DNA of 64,000 bases from Coriobacteriia bacterium (GTDB lineage Bacteria > Actinomycetota > Coriobacteriia > Anaerosomatales > SLCP01). The stretch is from contig SKMN01000048.1 in NCBI GenBank assembly GCA_007121015.1, positions 1,666-65,665 of the forward strand, in the 5' to 3' direction. The notes under the pieces were generated by a model. The model was not told where the DNA came from, made no database searches, and worked only from the letters and a program-made list of their open reading frames with translations. Made by a program: the position numbers and the translations under genes. Shown piece by piece: positions 10,447 to 18,918 of this stretch (the stretch's first letter is position 1; every line of letters starts with the position of its first letter).

Positions 10447-11211
10447 GTGAGAGCAGTGCACGCCAGCAACCTCACCTTCGGGTACCCCGGTGGCACGCCG
10501 GTGCTCGACGGCGTGACGGTGGGACTCGACCCAGGAGAGAGGGTCGGCATCATCGGCCCGAACGGAGCGGGGAAGACGACCCTGTTCATGCTGGTGTGCG
10601 GGGTCGCCGAGCCGATGTCCGGAGGGCTCGAGGTCTTTGGACAGCGGGTCGAGACGGGAGCGTTCAGGCCCGAGATCGGGATGGTGTTCCACCACACGAA
10701 CGACCAGTTGATCTGCCCCACGGTGCGCGAAGACATCGCCTTCGGGCCACAGAATATCGCCCTTTCCCGACAGGAGGTCGAAGAACGGGTCGATGCTACG
10801 GTTTCGGCAACGGGGATCGTGCACCTGCTCGACCGGGCGCCCCACGAGCTCTCGAGCGGCGAGCAGCGTCTCGTCGCGCTCACCGGCGTTCTTGCGATGA
10901 TGCCACGGCTCCTTATCCTCGACGAGCCGACCTCAGACCTGGACCTTCGCTACCGGAGGCGGCTCATACAGATGCTCGCCGAGATGAAGGAGCATACCCT
11001 CATGATCGCCTCGCACGATCTCGAGTTCGTCCTCGAGACGTGCGACCGGGTCCTGTTGCTCGATCGGGGCAGGGTCCAAGCCGACGGCGTCCCAGCAGAC
11101 GTGATGTCGGACTCGGGACTGATGGAGGCGCACGGCCTCGAAGTGCCTCACTCGTTGATGGCGCAGTGGCATAGGCACAGCGCGCCCGCGCACGCAGACT
11201 CCGACGGGTGA
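10447..11211 (+). CDS. cbiO: ECF transporter ATPase CbiO/NikO
   Basis: Walker A GPNGAGKTT, signature LSSGEQRLV and Walker B LLILDEPTSDLD are present. The GTG start lies 7 nt after GAGGAGAGAG. Confidence 0.88.
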   Translation: MRAVHASNLTFGYPGGTPVLDGVTVGLDPGERVGIIGPNGAGKTTLFMLVCGVAEPMSGGLEVFGQRVETGAFRPEIGMVFHHTNDQLICPTVREDIAFGPQNIALSRQEVEERVDATVSATGIVHLLDRAPHELSSGEQRLVALTGVLAMMPRLLILDEPTSDLDLRYRRRLIQMLAEMKEHTLMIASHDLEFVLETCDRVLLLDRGRVQADGVPADVMSDSGLMEAHGLEVPHSLMAQWHRHSAPAHADSDG

Positions 11212-11221
11212 CCGGGTCCTA

Positions 11222-11641
11222 TCAGGTGATGCCCTCACCGGTCGTCGTCGCGACGAAGCGTCCGTGCTTTACCCCCTTGGTGCCGATGAGCTGCGACGCG
11301 AGTCGGTCGATCGCACGGATCTCTCCGCGAAGGACCACCACCTCGAGACAGTGGTGGGAGTCGAGATGGATGTGGAGCGTCGAAACGATCTCGTTATGGT
11401 GTGAGTGCTGGTGGTCTGTCAGCTTGTTCGACAGGTCTCGCGAGTGATGATCGTAGACGAGCGTCACGGTGCCGACGGCCTCACCCTCCGCGGCTTCCCA
11501 CTGTCGCTCGATGAGCGCGTTGCGCATGAGGTCGCGAACGGCTTCCGAGCGATTGACGTAGCCTTGGTCATGGATGAGTTCGTCGAACCGTTCAACGAGC
11601 TGGTCATCGGCTGAAACACTGAACCTGATGAGCTCCGACAT
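11222..11641 (-). CDS. nikR: Nickel-responsive regulator NikR (ribbon-helix-helix plus ACT-like metal-binding domain)
   Basis: The N-terminal RHH is [19 protein letters not shown]. The His/Cys nickel-site region is [40 protein letters not shown] precedes the internal ATG at 11641. Confidence 0.88.
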   Translation of the reverse strand: MSELIRFSVSADDQLVERFDELIHDQGYVNRSEAVRDLMRNALIERQWEAAEGEAVGTVTLVYDHHSRDLSNKLTDHQHSHHNEIVSTLHIHLDSHHCLEVVVLRGEIRAIDRLASQLIGTKGVKHGRFVATTTGEGIT

Positions 11642-11889
11642 CTGTCTCCCCTCCGCGAGCTTCAACGCGCGAGTCCCACGCGACCTACATCGCGTCATGT
11701 TGCGCGCGAGGGACTCGAGTCCCGATCCGGTCTCACACTATCGCGACATGACCTCGGCTACCAGTGAGGTGTCGTGAGAGACTGACGGCCCTTCAGGGAA
11801 CTTACTATAGGACCGGCAGGTGATGTCGCCCCGCAGGTTTGGGTCCGGTTGAAGGGGTGCCGGTCGTCTGCCCTGGCCGATGAGGCTGC

Positions 11890-12975
11890 TTGCGAAGGCG
11901 GTTCGCTCTCATGACGAGACACGCACACCTCGGTCCGAGCCTTTCGGCCGTAGCGATCGTTCTGCTCCTGGTGTCGCTGGCGAGTGTTGCGGGTTGCGCT
12001 CCCGAGGCTCCGGTCGAGTCCGAGGTCGAAGACACCAGTCCCGTGCAGGCTGCCGTGCGTCCGCAGGATGCCCTCTCTGCGTTCGAGGTCTCCGTGCTCG
12101 CCTCGCGGGAGTCGTATCCGGACGGGGCGGAGACCATCGTTGTCGCGACGGGTCACGACTGGCCCGATGCGCTCGGCGGATCAGCTCTTGCGGGCGTGAT
12201 CGGAGGCCCCATCCTGTTCACGGCCACCCATGAGGTACCGGATATCGTAGCCGAGGAGATAGTGCGCCTCGGTGCATCCGCTGCGATCGTGCTAGGCGGC
12301 GAGGTCGCTCTCGGACCTGATGTCGATGCCGACCTCAAGCGCTTGGGGCTATCTGTCGAGCGTATCGCAGGGGCAGGTCGCTACGACACTGCCGAGCGCA
12401 TCGCACGACGGGTCATCGAGGACCTCGGCGATGCCTACGACGGTACTGCGTTCGTGGCGACGGGGGGCTCGTATGCGGATGCCGTCGCGGCGGCTCCGAT
12501 CGCTGCGGCACGCGGTTGGCCGATATACCTGGCACATCCCACCGGGGGCATCGTCACCTACTCGGAAGACGCATACGAGGGAGTGGGTTCGACCATCGTG
12601 CTCGGAGGGACGAACGCGGTTCACCCAGGGGCCGAGGCGTATCTGCGAAACGAGTTCACGGTCGTGCGGATCGCCGGTCAGAACCGCTACGACACCTCCG
12701 TCAGAATCGCCGAGTACGGGGTCGAGGAGGCCGGGCTCGCATGGGAGCGACTCGGCGTCGCCACCGGAGAGGGCTTCAGCGACGCGCTCGCGGGAGGCGT
12801 ACTCCAAGGTAAGGTGGGCGGCGTCTTGCTCCTGACGCCCCCCGAGTCGCTGAGTGCATACACGTCCGCATCGCTCGAGGCCAACAAGGCCGACATCGCG
12901 ACCGTGACGTTCTTTGGCGGTTCGGACGCGATCTCTCGAACGGTGCGCGATGCGGTGGCCGAGATCCTTCAGTAG
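11890..12975 (+). CDS. Lipoprotein consisting of three CWB2 (cell-wall-binding repeat 2) modules
   Basis: It has a lipobox (LASVAGCAPE). Three repeats carry the pattern DWPDALGG..LAG..GGPILF and AG.(G/N)RYDT..RIA. Confidence 0.8.
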   Translation: MRRRFALMTRHAHLGPSLSAVAIVLLLVSLASVAGCAPEAPVESEVEDTSPVQAAVRPQDALSAFEVSVLASRESYPDGAETIVVATGHDWPDALGGSALAGVIGGPILFTATHEVPDIVAEEIVRLGASAAIVLGGEVALGPDVDADLKRLGLSVERIAGAGRYDTAERIARRVIEDLGDAYDGTAFVATGGSYADAVAAAPIAAARGWPIYLAHPTGGIVTYSEDAYEGVGSTIVLGGTNAVHPGAEAYLRNEFTVVRIAGQNRYDTSVRIAEYGVEEAGLAWERLGVATGEGFSDALAGGVLQGKVGGVLLLTPPESLSAYTSASLEANKADIATVTFFGGSDAISRTVRDAVAEILQ

Positions 12976-13113
12976 GGTCGGGTCGTCGAGATCGTCACGA
13001 GATGGGGACGCGTGACCCGCCCGCTGAAGAGCACAGGCCCGGTACGATGTTGGGGATATAAGGTAGGAGGCACGTGCTATTGGACGACGATGCGGTGGAC
13101 GGGGGTGTGAGCC

Positions 13114-13260
13114 ATGATATGGACCATCATCGCGATCCTGATCGCTCTGTGGCTGGCGGGTTTCCTGCTTGAGATCGCCGGCAACTTCATACACCTACTG
13201 CTCGTCATCGCGCTGGCCGTGTTCATCTTCAATATGATCACCGGCCGTAGGGTTGCGTGA
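13114..13260 (+). CDS. lmo0937-family small membrane protein (48 aa)
   Basis: The translation is MIWTIIAILIALWLAGFLLEIAGNFIHLLLVIALAVFIFNMITGRRVA, which closely fits the two-TM lmo0937/DUF5670-type mini-protein. It is below the 60-aa cutoff of the ORF track. Confidence 0.7.
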   Translation: MIWTIIAILIALWLAGFLLEIAGNFIHLLLVIALAVFIFNMITGRRVA

Positions 13261-13282
13261 CACAAGCCTCCGGGCCGCTACC

Positions 13283-13591
13283 TCAGCCGCTCTCGCCCGA
13301 CCGCGAGCGGAGTTTCTCGATGCCGGTCTTCAGCTCCTTCATCATGGCCTGCACTCTTTCTTTGGCACCCTCCCAGTTCGACCGGTCCCGCTCCAGGTCG
13401 TCCAGTTCGCGGTCCACCGCCGAGCATCCCCGCTGCAGGTCCGCCAACTGCTCTTCATAGGAGAGCCGCGCTTTGGCCGACATCGCGATGGCCCTCTCTT
13501 GCAGACGCCTGACCTCCTCGGAACACTTGTTCCTCTCTGACCTGATCCTATCGATGAATTCGGCTCGCTCGTCCATCGCTCTGCCCTCCAT
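13283..13591 (-). CDS. Hypothetical coiled-coil protein
   Basis: This charged, heptad-like 102-aa ORF (EEVRRLQERAIAMSAKARLSYEEQLADLQ...) has good GC3 bias. No family was recognised, and the start may be the Met at 13576. Confidence 0.5.
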   Translation of the reverse strand: MEGRAMDERAEFIDRIRSERNKCSEEVRRLQERAIAMSAKARLSYEEQLADLQRGCSAVDRELDDLERDRSNWEGAKERVQAMMKELKTGIEKLRSRSGESG

Positions 13592-13718
13592 TCGACTCAG
13601 GGGGCCTGCCTCACCTCGTACTTCGCGAAATCAAGGGACGAGGGCACCCGCTCCTCGGACAAGAAGCAGATGCCCTCGTGCGCCTGTGCCTGGAGAGGAT
13701 TCTCCAGCGAACCACGGC

Positions 13719-13886
13719 TTACGGTTCCATGGCGTTCTCGTCGTTGGGTGCGGGTATGGCGTTCTCGTTCGGGTCATCGATGTCGTCGATGTCGTCCACC
13801 TCGCACCCGGTCGCGCCGAGCGCGAGCGCCGGGAACAGGAGTCCTACAGCCATCAGCCTCAGTACCGAACGGTTCTTGATCGTCAT
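13719..13886 (-). CDS. Small acidic lipoprotein (55 aa)
   Basis: The translation is MTIKNRSVLRLMAVGLLFPALALGATGCEVDDIDDIDDPNENAIPAPNDENAMEP, a signal peptide plus lipobox. It is not in the ORF track because it is under 60 aa. Confidence 0.5.
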   Translation of the reverse strand: MTIKNRSVLRLMAVGLLFPALALGATGCEVDDIDDIDDPNENAIPAPNDENAMEP

Positions 13887-13969
13887 GATGCGTTCAGACC
13901 ACCTTTCATCATCGGTTTCAGGGCCCTGAGCCCTACTTCATCGCTTTGCCCTTATGGGCGGGTCCTGCG

Positions 13970-15025
13970 CTACGGATAGAGCACCGCTTCGATCTGGGCA
14001 CGTGCGTTCTCGCTCACCGCAAGGTGGCCACCGAACACCCACGCGTCATCGGGATCGGTGTGGAGGGCTGCGAAATCGAGCGTCGCCTGTGGGGCGAACG
14101 CCTGCCAGGAGAGCAACATGACGCCGCCAGCCTGACCGGTGACGATCCCGCCGGTCAACGCATCAGGGAAATCCTCGCCGCTCGCGATGCCGATGTAGTC
14201 GCTCGAAGCGGGGATCCCGCCCGCTCCGAGTGCGTATTCGGCGAGCTCGACGGCGGTCTCGTAGCGGTCGTCTCCCGCGATGCGTGGTCCGTCGATGCCC
14301 ATCGCGTCACGCTGGGCGACGACGTTCGCAGAGATCGCGGCAGGTCCACCGACGATTCCGGCCCAGCTCACGTTCTCTTCCATGAACGTCGCTATCCCGG
14401 ATGGGATGGCGTCGCCAGGCGTCAGCAGGACGGGACGTGCGATCTGGTAGGCGTACGGCGAGACCGAGATTCCGTCCGGGAACAGGTCGCCGCGGGCGAG
14501 CCAGACCTCACCGCTCCACCTGTCGTCCTGAGCCTCAAGGAGTTGTTCGGCGATGGCGAGCGACGTCTCGTACCGGTTGTCTCCCGCGATGCGCGAGACC
14601 TCGAATCCAGCGGCTTCGAGTTGGTCCACCACCGGTTGCCCGATCACGGCAGTGCCGCCTATCAGGACCACCCTTCCGACGGCGGCATCGAACGGCGTGA
14701 CGCGGGCTATCTCGTCCATCACGTTGGCGGGCACCGAGCCCCACGATGTCAGGAGTAGAGGCGCGCGCAGTTCTCCGCAGAACGCCGAGGCCGACAGAGC
14801 GTCGGGATAGGAGAACGCACTTGCTAGCACGACTGTGTTGGTGCTGTTGTCGGCCCACTCCGATTGCGATCCGAGCAACGCCGTGTCGAACCGGTCAGCA
14901 CCGCCGAACCGGCCTACCCCTTCTTGAGCGAGTGCCGGCACGGCCATCATCAGCAGCGCCGCAAGAGTCACCCCAACGAGCAACCGCGCTCCCACGCCTC
15001 CACGTCTTCTTCTGCCCCTAGGCAT
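13970..15025 (-). CDS. Secreted protein consisting of three CWB2 modules (paralog of 11890-12975)
   Basis: It has an Arg-rich signal peptide. Repeats seen are GADRFDTALLGS, AGDNRYETSLAIAE and AGDDRYETAVELAEY, with FPDAL..G motifs. Confidence 0.8.
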   Translation of the reverse strand: MPRGRRRRGGVGARLLVGVTLAALLMMAVPALAQEGVGRFGGADRFDTALLGSQSEWADNSTNTVVLASAFSYPDALSASAFCGELRAPLLLTSWGSVPANVMDEIARVTPFDAAVGRVVLIGGTAVIGQPVVDQLEAAGFEVSRIAGDNRYETSLAIAEQLLEAQDDRWSGEVWLARGDLFPDGISVSPYAYQIARPVLLTPGDAIPSGIATFMEENVSWAGIVGGPAAISANVVAQRDAMGIDGPRIAGDDRYETAVELAEYALGAGGIPASSDYIGIASGEDFPDALTGGIVTGQAGGVMLLSWQAFAPQATLDFAALHTDPDDAWVFGGHLAVSENARAQIEAVLYP

Positions 15026-15283
15026 AGTGTTCCCTCCTCGGTTCGTCGTTTACGAGCCATGTAGGGCGTTACTTACCCACATTTCCGGCGACGCCACACG
15101 CCCACATGTGCCTCGCCTCGGTTGGCCCGGGTTCGTGTTTCGACGGGTGGCGATAGGGGGTAAGTGTTGACATGTGACTGGGTAGGGGGACGGGGAGTCG
15201 ACGACGTCGGCGGCCTCGTGTGGACTCGAAGCTGCCGCGCCGTCGCCCTCGGTCGCGTACCGACAACTGAGGGGTGGTGGATC

Positions 15284-16948
15284 GTGGACAATGGTGGCGT
15301 ACCCGTCGACCTGGGCCTGTGGCTCCTCGCCCTCGTCCCTATCGTCGTGCTGCTGGTGCTCCTGGTCGCTTTTCGCTGGAAGGCCCCGGAGGCCGGGCCG
15401 ATCGGGATGTTCGCGGCGGGGCTCATCGCGTACCTCGCGTACCAGGCACCCTGGGAGACTCTCGCGGTGGCTGGAGCAAAGGGCGTGTGGGACGCGCTGT
15501 TCATCCTGTACGTCGTGTGGCCCGCACTACTGTTGTACCGTGTCACGGATCGCGCCGGGGCGTTCCAGGCGCTCAGGCAGGGCATCGAGCGGTTCAGCAG
15601 TAACCAGCTGTTCTTGGTGATGGCCTTCGGCTGGGTCTTTGCCTCGTTCCTGCAGGGGATCGCGGGATTCGGGACGCCGATCGCTGTCGTCGCACCGCTC
15701 CTCATCGCGATCGGCGTCCGACCGCTCTACGCGGTAGCGATACCGCTCATCGGACACGCGTGGGCCAACATGTTCGGCACCCTTGCCGTGGGGTGGCTGG
15801 CGACGATATCGGTGGTCGAACTCGCTGACCTGACAGAGACTGCTTTCCAGACAGCCATCCTGCTCTGGGTCCCCAACATCCTTGCCGGCCTGACGATAGC
15901 CTGGCTCTTTGGCCGGATGACGGCTGTCAAGATCGCACTGCCGATGATCGCTGTCATCACGCTCATCCACGGAGGCGGCCAGCTCGTGCTCACGCTGTGG
16001 AACCCCGTCCTCTCGAACTTCCTTGCCGCCACGGCGGCGATGGTCGTGCTCTACCCGCTGTCGCGATGGTCCCGGTATTCGGAACGGGCCGAGGAGATCG
16101 AGGAGCGGCCGCTCATGCGCGAGCAGGGCGAGGGCGACGATATCGAGGGTGAAGGGGAGGGTGCCGAGGAAGCCGAACCGGCCATGGGGCTCGGTATGGC
16201 GTTCCTTCCTTACGGAATACTGACGGCAGCCACGGTGATCGGGTTGGTCATAGGACCCGTCGAGAGGTTCTTGGAGCAGTTCGAGGTCGGGCTGTCGTTC
16301 CCGGCGGTGGACACGGCGCTCGGTGTGGCCCAGGAGGCGGCCGAGCCGTACTCTCCGTTCGCCCCTCTGACCCACCCGGGAACGTTCTTGCTCATCGCGG
16401 CACTGGTCGCGTGGCTCGTCTATCGCAGTCAGGGTTACTACAAGGCGTGGGGAGAGTCGCACGAGGGCGAGAAGAGCATATGGCAAGGTCTCGTCGGGGA
16501 CGCCATCCCGGCCTCCGTCGCAGTCGTCGCGTTCCTGGTCATGAGTACGGTGATGGACCACTCGGGGCAGACGGAGGCTCTCGCCCTAGGGATCGCCGAA
16601 GTCGCTCCGCCGCCGATGTTCGCATTCGCCTCCAACTGGATCGGCGTGCTCGGCGCGTTCATGACGTCGAGCAACACCGCGTCCAACATCTTGTTCGCAC
16701 CGCTCCAGCAACAGACGGTCGCTGCGCTCGAGGGCCTCTCCGAAGCGACGATCATCGGTGCACAGAGTACGGGTGGAGCCATCGGTAACGCGATCGCGCC
16801 GGCGAACGTGGTGCTCGGGACGGGCACTGCCGGGATCATCGGTCGTGAGGGAGAAGTGCTGCGTAAGACCTTGCCGTGGGCTGCGGGGGTTGCCGTCCTG
16901 ACGGGCGCTCTCACGATCGTCCTCAACCAGATGACCTTTACGAGCTGA
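15284..16948 (+). CDS. LctP-family (L-lactate/glycolate) permease, paralog 1
   Basis: WKAPEAGPIG, WPALLLYRV, FASFLQGIAGFGTPIAVVAPLL and TSSNTASNILFAPLQ are typical LctP blocks. The GTG start was chosen by alignment with the paralog's N-terminus. Confidence 0.85.
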   Translation: MDNGGVPVDLGLWLLALVPIVVLLVLLVAFRWKAPEAGPIGMFAAGLIAYLAYQAPWETLAVAGAKGVWDALFILYVVWPALLLYRVTDRAGAFQALRQGIERFSSNQLFLVMAFGWVFASFLQGIAGFGTPIAVVAPLLIAIGVRPLYAVAIPLIGHAWANMFGTLAVGWLATISVVELADLTETAFQTAILLWVPNILAGLTIAWLFGRMTAVKIALPMIAVITLIHGGGQLVLTLWNPVLSNFLAATAAMVVLYPLSRWSRYSERAEEIEERPLMREQGEGDDIEGEGEGAEEAEPAMGLGMAFLPYGILTAATVIGLVIGPVERFLEQFEVGLSFPAVDTALGVAQEAAEPYSPFAPLTHPGTFLLIAALVAWLVYRSQGYYKAWGESHEGEKSIWQGLVGDAIPASVAVVAFLVMSTVMDHSGQTEALALGIAEVAPPPMFAFASNWIGVLGAFMTSSNTASNILFAPLQQQTVAALEGLSEATIIGAQSTGGAIGNAIAPANVVLGTGTAGIIGREGEVLRKTLPWAAGVAVLTGALTIVLNQMTFTS

Positions 16949-16951
16949 GGA

Positions 16952-17233
16952 GTGGCCATGAGCAAGATGTGGATACACGGGATCGCCCTGGTGCTGCTCA
17001 TCGCGGCTTTACCGCTCATAAGCATAGGGACCATGCAGGACTCTCCCGTCCTCTGGTGGACCGGCCTGGTCCTGCTCGTGGCGGCCGGCGCCGTCACGCC
17101 GGTAACCCGCTACGTGCTCAAGGACGAGAACGGCAAGGGTGCTGGGGACGATGACGGCGAGGATAGCGATGACGAAGGTGCCGGGGATGGCGACAACGAC
17201 GACGAGGCTACCGGGGAAAGCGAGACTTCATAG
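16952..17233 (+). CDS. Small two-TM protein with a poly-acidic C-terminal tail
   Basis: GAGGAG precedes the ATG and the gene starts 4 nt after the lctP1 stop. It has two hydrophobic helices followed by GDDDGEDSDDEGAGDGDNDDEATGESETS. Confidence 0.55.
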   Translation: MAMSKMWIHGIALVLLIAALPLISIGTMQDSPVLWWTGLVLLVAAGAVTPVTRYVLKDENGKGAGDDDGEDSDDEGAGDGDNDDEATGESETS

Positions 17234-17245
17234 GAGGGGTCGATC

Positions 17246-18907
17246 ATGAGGCATCCGAACGGACCGCGGACCGGACGTCCGCCGACACGCTCGGCAGAGG
17301 GAATGGTCGCCACCTCGCACTTCCTTGCGAGCGCGGCCGGGCTCGACGCGCTGCGTCGCGGAGGCAGCGCAGTCGACGCGGCGATAGCCGCGAATGCGGT
17401 ACTGTGCGTCGTCTACCCGCACATGGCTGGCTTGGGGGGTGACGGCTTCTGGCTCGTGCACGACCCTGCAGAGGGAGGGGTGCGCGCGCTGAACGCGAGC
17501 GGGCCGGCGGCTCGACTCGCGACGCGCGACTACTACCGGGACCGGGGCCATGAGGACTCCATCCCGCAACGAGGCCCCCTGGCCGCCCTCACCGTCCCCG
17601 GCGCCGTGGACGGCTGGGGCGTGATGCACGAGCGTCACGGGCGCCTCGACTGGGACGCTCTCTTCTCGGACGCGATCCGCTACGCGCGAGACGGGGTCCC
17701 CGTGGGCCGCTCGCTCGTCGACTGGATCGCAGAGGACATGCCGGTCTTCGAGGAGAACGAGAGCTCCGCACAGGTCTACGTGCCTGAAGGAAAGCAGCGA
17801 CGCGAGGGCGAACGGCTGGTTCAAGGACACCTCGCCGATACGCTACAGGCGATAGCCCGCGACGGAGCCCGGCGCGGCTTCTACGAAGGCGATATCGCCC
17901 AGCGCATCTGCGAGTCCCTCGAACGCGCAGACTCGCCACTGCGCACGGAGGATCTCGCGGAGTTCCACGCCGAGTGGGTCGAGCCGCTCTCCACCACCTA
18001 CCGGGGCTACACCGCGTACGAGTTTCCCCCGAACACGCAAGGGTTCGCGGCATTGCAGGTACTCAACATCATCGAGGGTTTCGATGTGGCCGCCTGGGGC
18101 GATGGCACGGTGGACTACTACCACCACATGGCAGAGGCGGTGAAGCTCGCTTTTGCCGATCGCGACGAATGGCTGACTGACCCCGCGTTCGTCGACATCC
18201 CGCTCGACCGCCTCCTGTCCAAGGAGTATGCAGAAGAGCGTCGGCGACTCATCGATCGCGAGCGCGCGATGGACATGAGCAGTGTCGAGCCGGGTATCCG
18301 TTTCGAGTCGAGCGCCCGGAGGGCCGACGCCGGGGGCGATACGTGCTACTTCTGCGCAGTCGACGACAGCGGTCTCGCCGTGAGTGTCATCCAATCGATC
18401 TACCACGATTTCGGCAGCGCGTTCGTCGCAGGCGACACCGGTGTGCTACTGCAGAACCGGGGTTCGTTCTTCTCGCTCGATGAGAGCCATCCGAATCGGC
18501 TCGAACCGGGCAAGCGGACATTCCATACACTCATCCCCGCCATGTTGTTCGAGGACGAGGAGCCGTATCTCGTCTACGGGACCATGGGTGGCGAGGGCCA
18601 GCCGCAGACCCATGCCGCGATGGTCACCCGTCTGCTCGACTTCGGCTACGACGTTCAGCAGGCGATCGAGGCGCCACGGTGGCTTATGGGCAGGACGTGG
18701 GGCACCCAGTCCCAGGACCTGTCGCTCGAAGGGCGCATCGCCGATGAGGTCATCCGCGAACTCGAGCTGCGCGGACAGCCGGTGAAGGTCCTGGCAGGCT
18801 GGGACGACAACATGGGCCACGCTCAGGCGATACGCTTCGACCGCGAGAACGGCTTCCTCGAAGGCGGCGCCGACCCGCGAGGCGACGGCGTCGCGCTCGG
18901 CTACTGA
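17246..18907 (+). CDS. Gamma-glutamyltransferase-family (Ntn-hydrolase) protein without a signal peptide
   Basis: MVATSHFLASAAGLDALRRGGSAVDAAIA is a GGT N-terminal block. GGDTCYFCAVD is the autoprocessing/nucleophile Thr region, and GTMGGEGQPQ is also present. A strong RBS TAGGAGGGG precedes the start. Confidence 0.85.
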   Translation: MRHPNGPRTGRPPTRSAEGMVATSHFLASAAGLDALRRGGSAVDAAIAANAVLCVVYPHMAGLGGDGFWLVHDPAEGGVRALNASGPAARLATRDYYRDRGHEDSIPQRGPLAALTVPGAVDGWGVMHERHGRLDWDALFSDAIRYARDGVPVGRSLVDWIAEDMPVFEENESSAQVYVPEGKQRREGERLVQGHLADTLQAIARDGARRGFYEGDIAQRICESLERADSPLRTEDLAEFHAEWVEPLSTTYRGYTAYEFPPNTQGFAALQVLNIIEGFDVAAWGDGTVDYYHHMAEAVKLAFADRDEWLTDPAFVDIPLDRLLSKEYAEERRRLIDRERAMDMSSVEPGIRFESSARRADAGGDTCYFCAVDDSGLAVSVIQSIYHDFGSAFVAGDTGVLLQNRGSFFSLDESHPNRLEPGKRTFHTLIPAMLFEDEEPYLVYGTMGGEGQPQTHAAMVTRLLDFGYDVQQAIEAPRWLMGRTWGTQSQDLSLEGRIADEVIRELELRGQPVKVLAGWDDNMGHAQAIRFDRENGFLEGGADPRGDGVALGY

Positions 18908-18918
18908 GGGGCCGGACG

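Noticed and set aside
8973-10883. 636-aa minus-strand ORF across cbiM-cbiQ-cbiO
   Set aside because: It lies opposite three translationally coupled transporter genes with hallmark motifs (MHVPDG, Walker A/B). Its low-complexity Arg/Pro/Gly-rich sequence is not credible as a protein.
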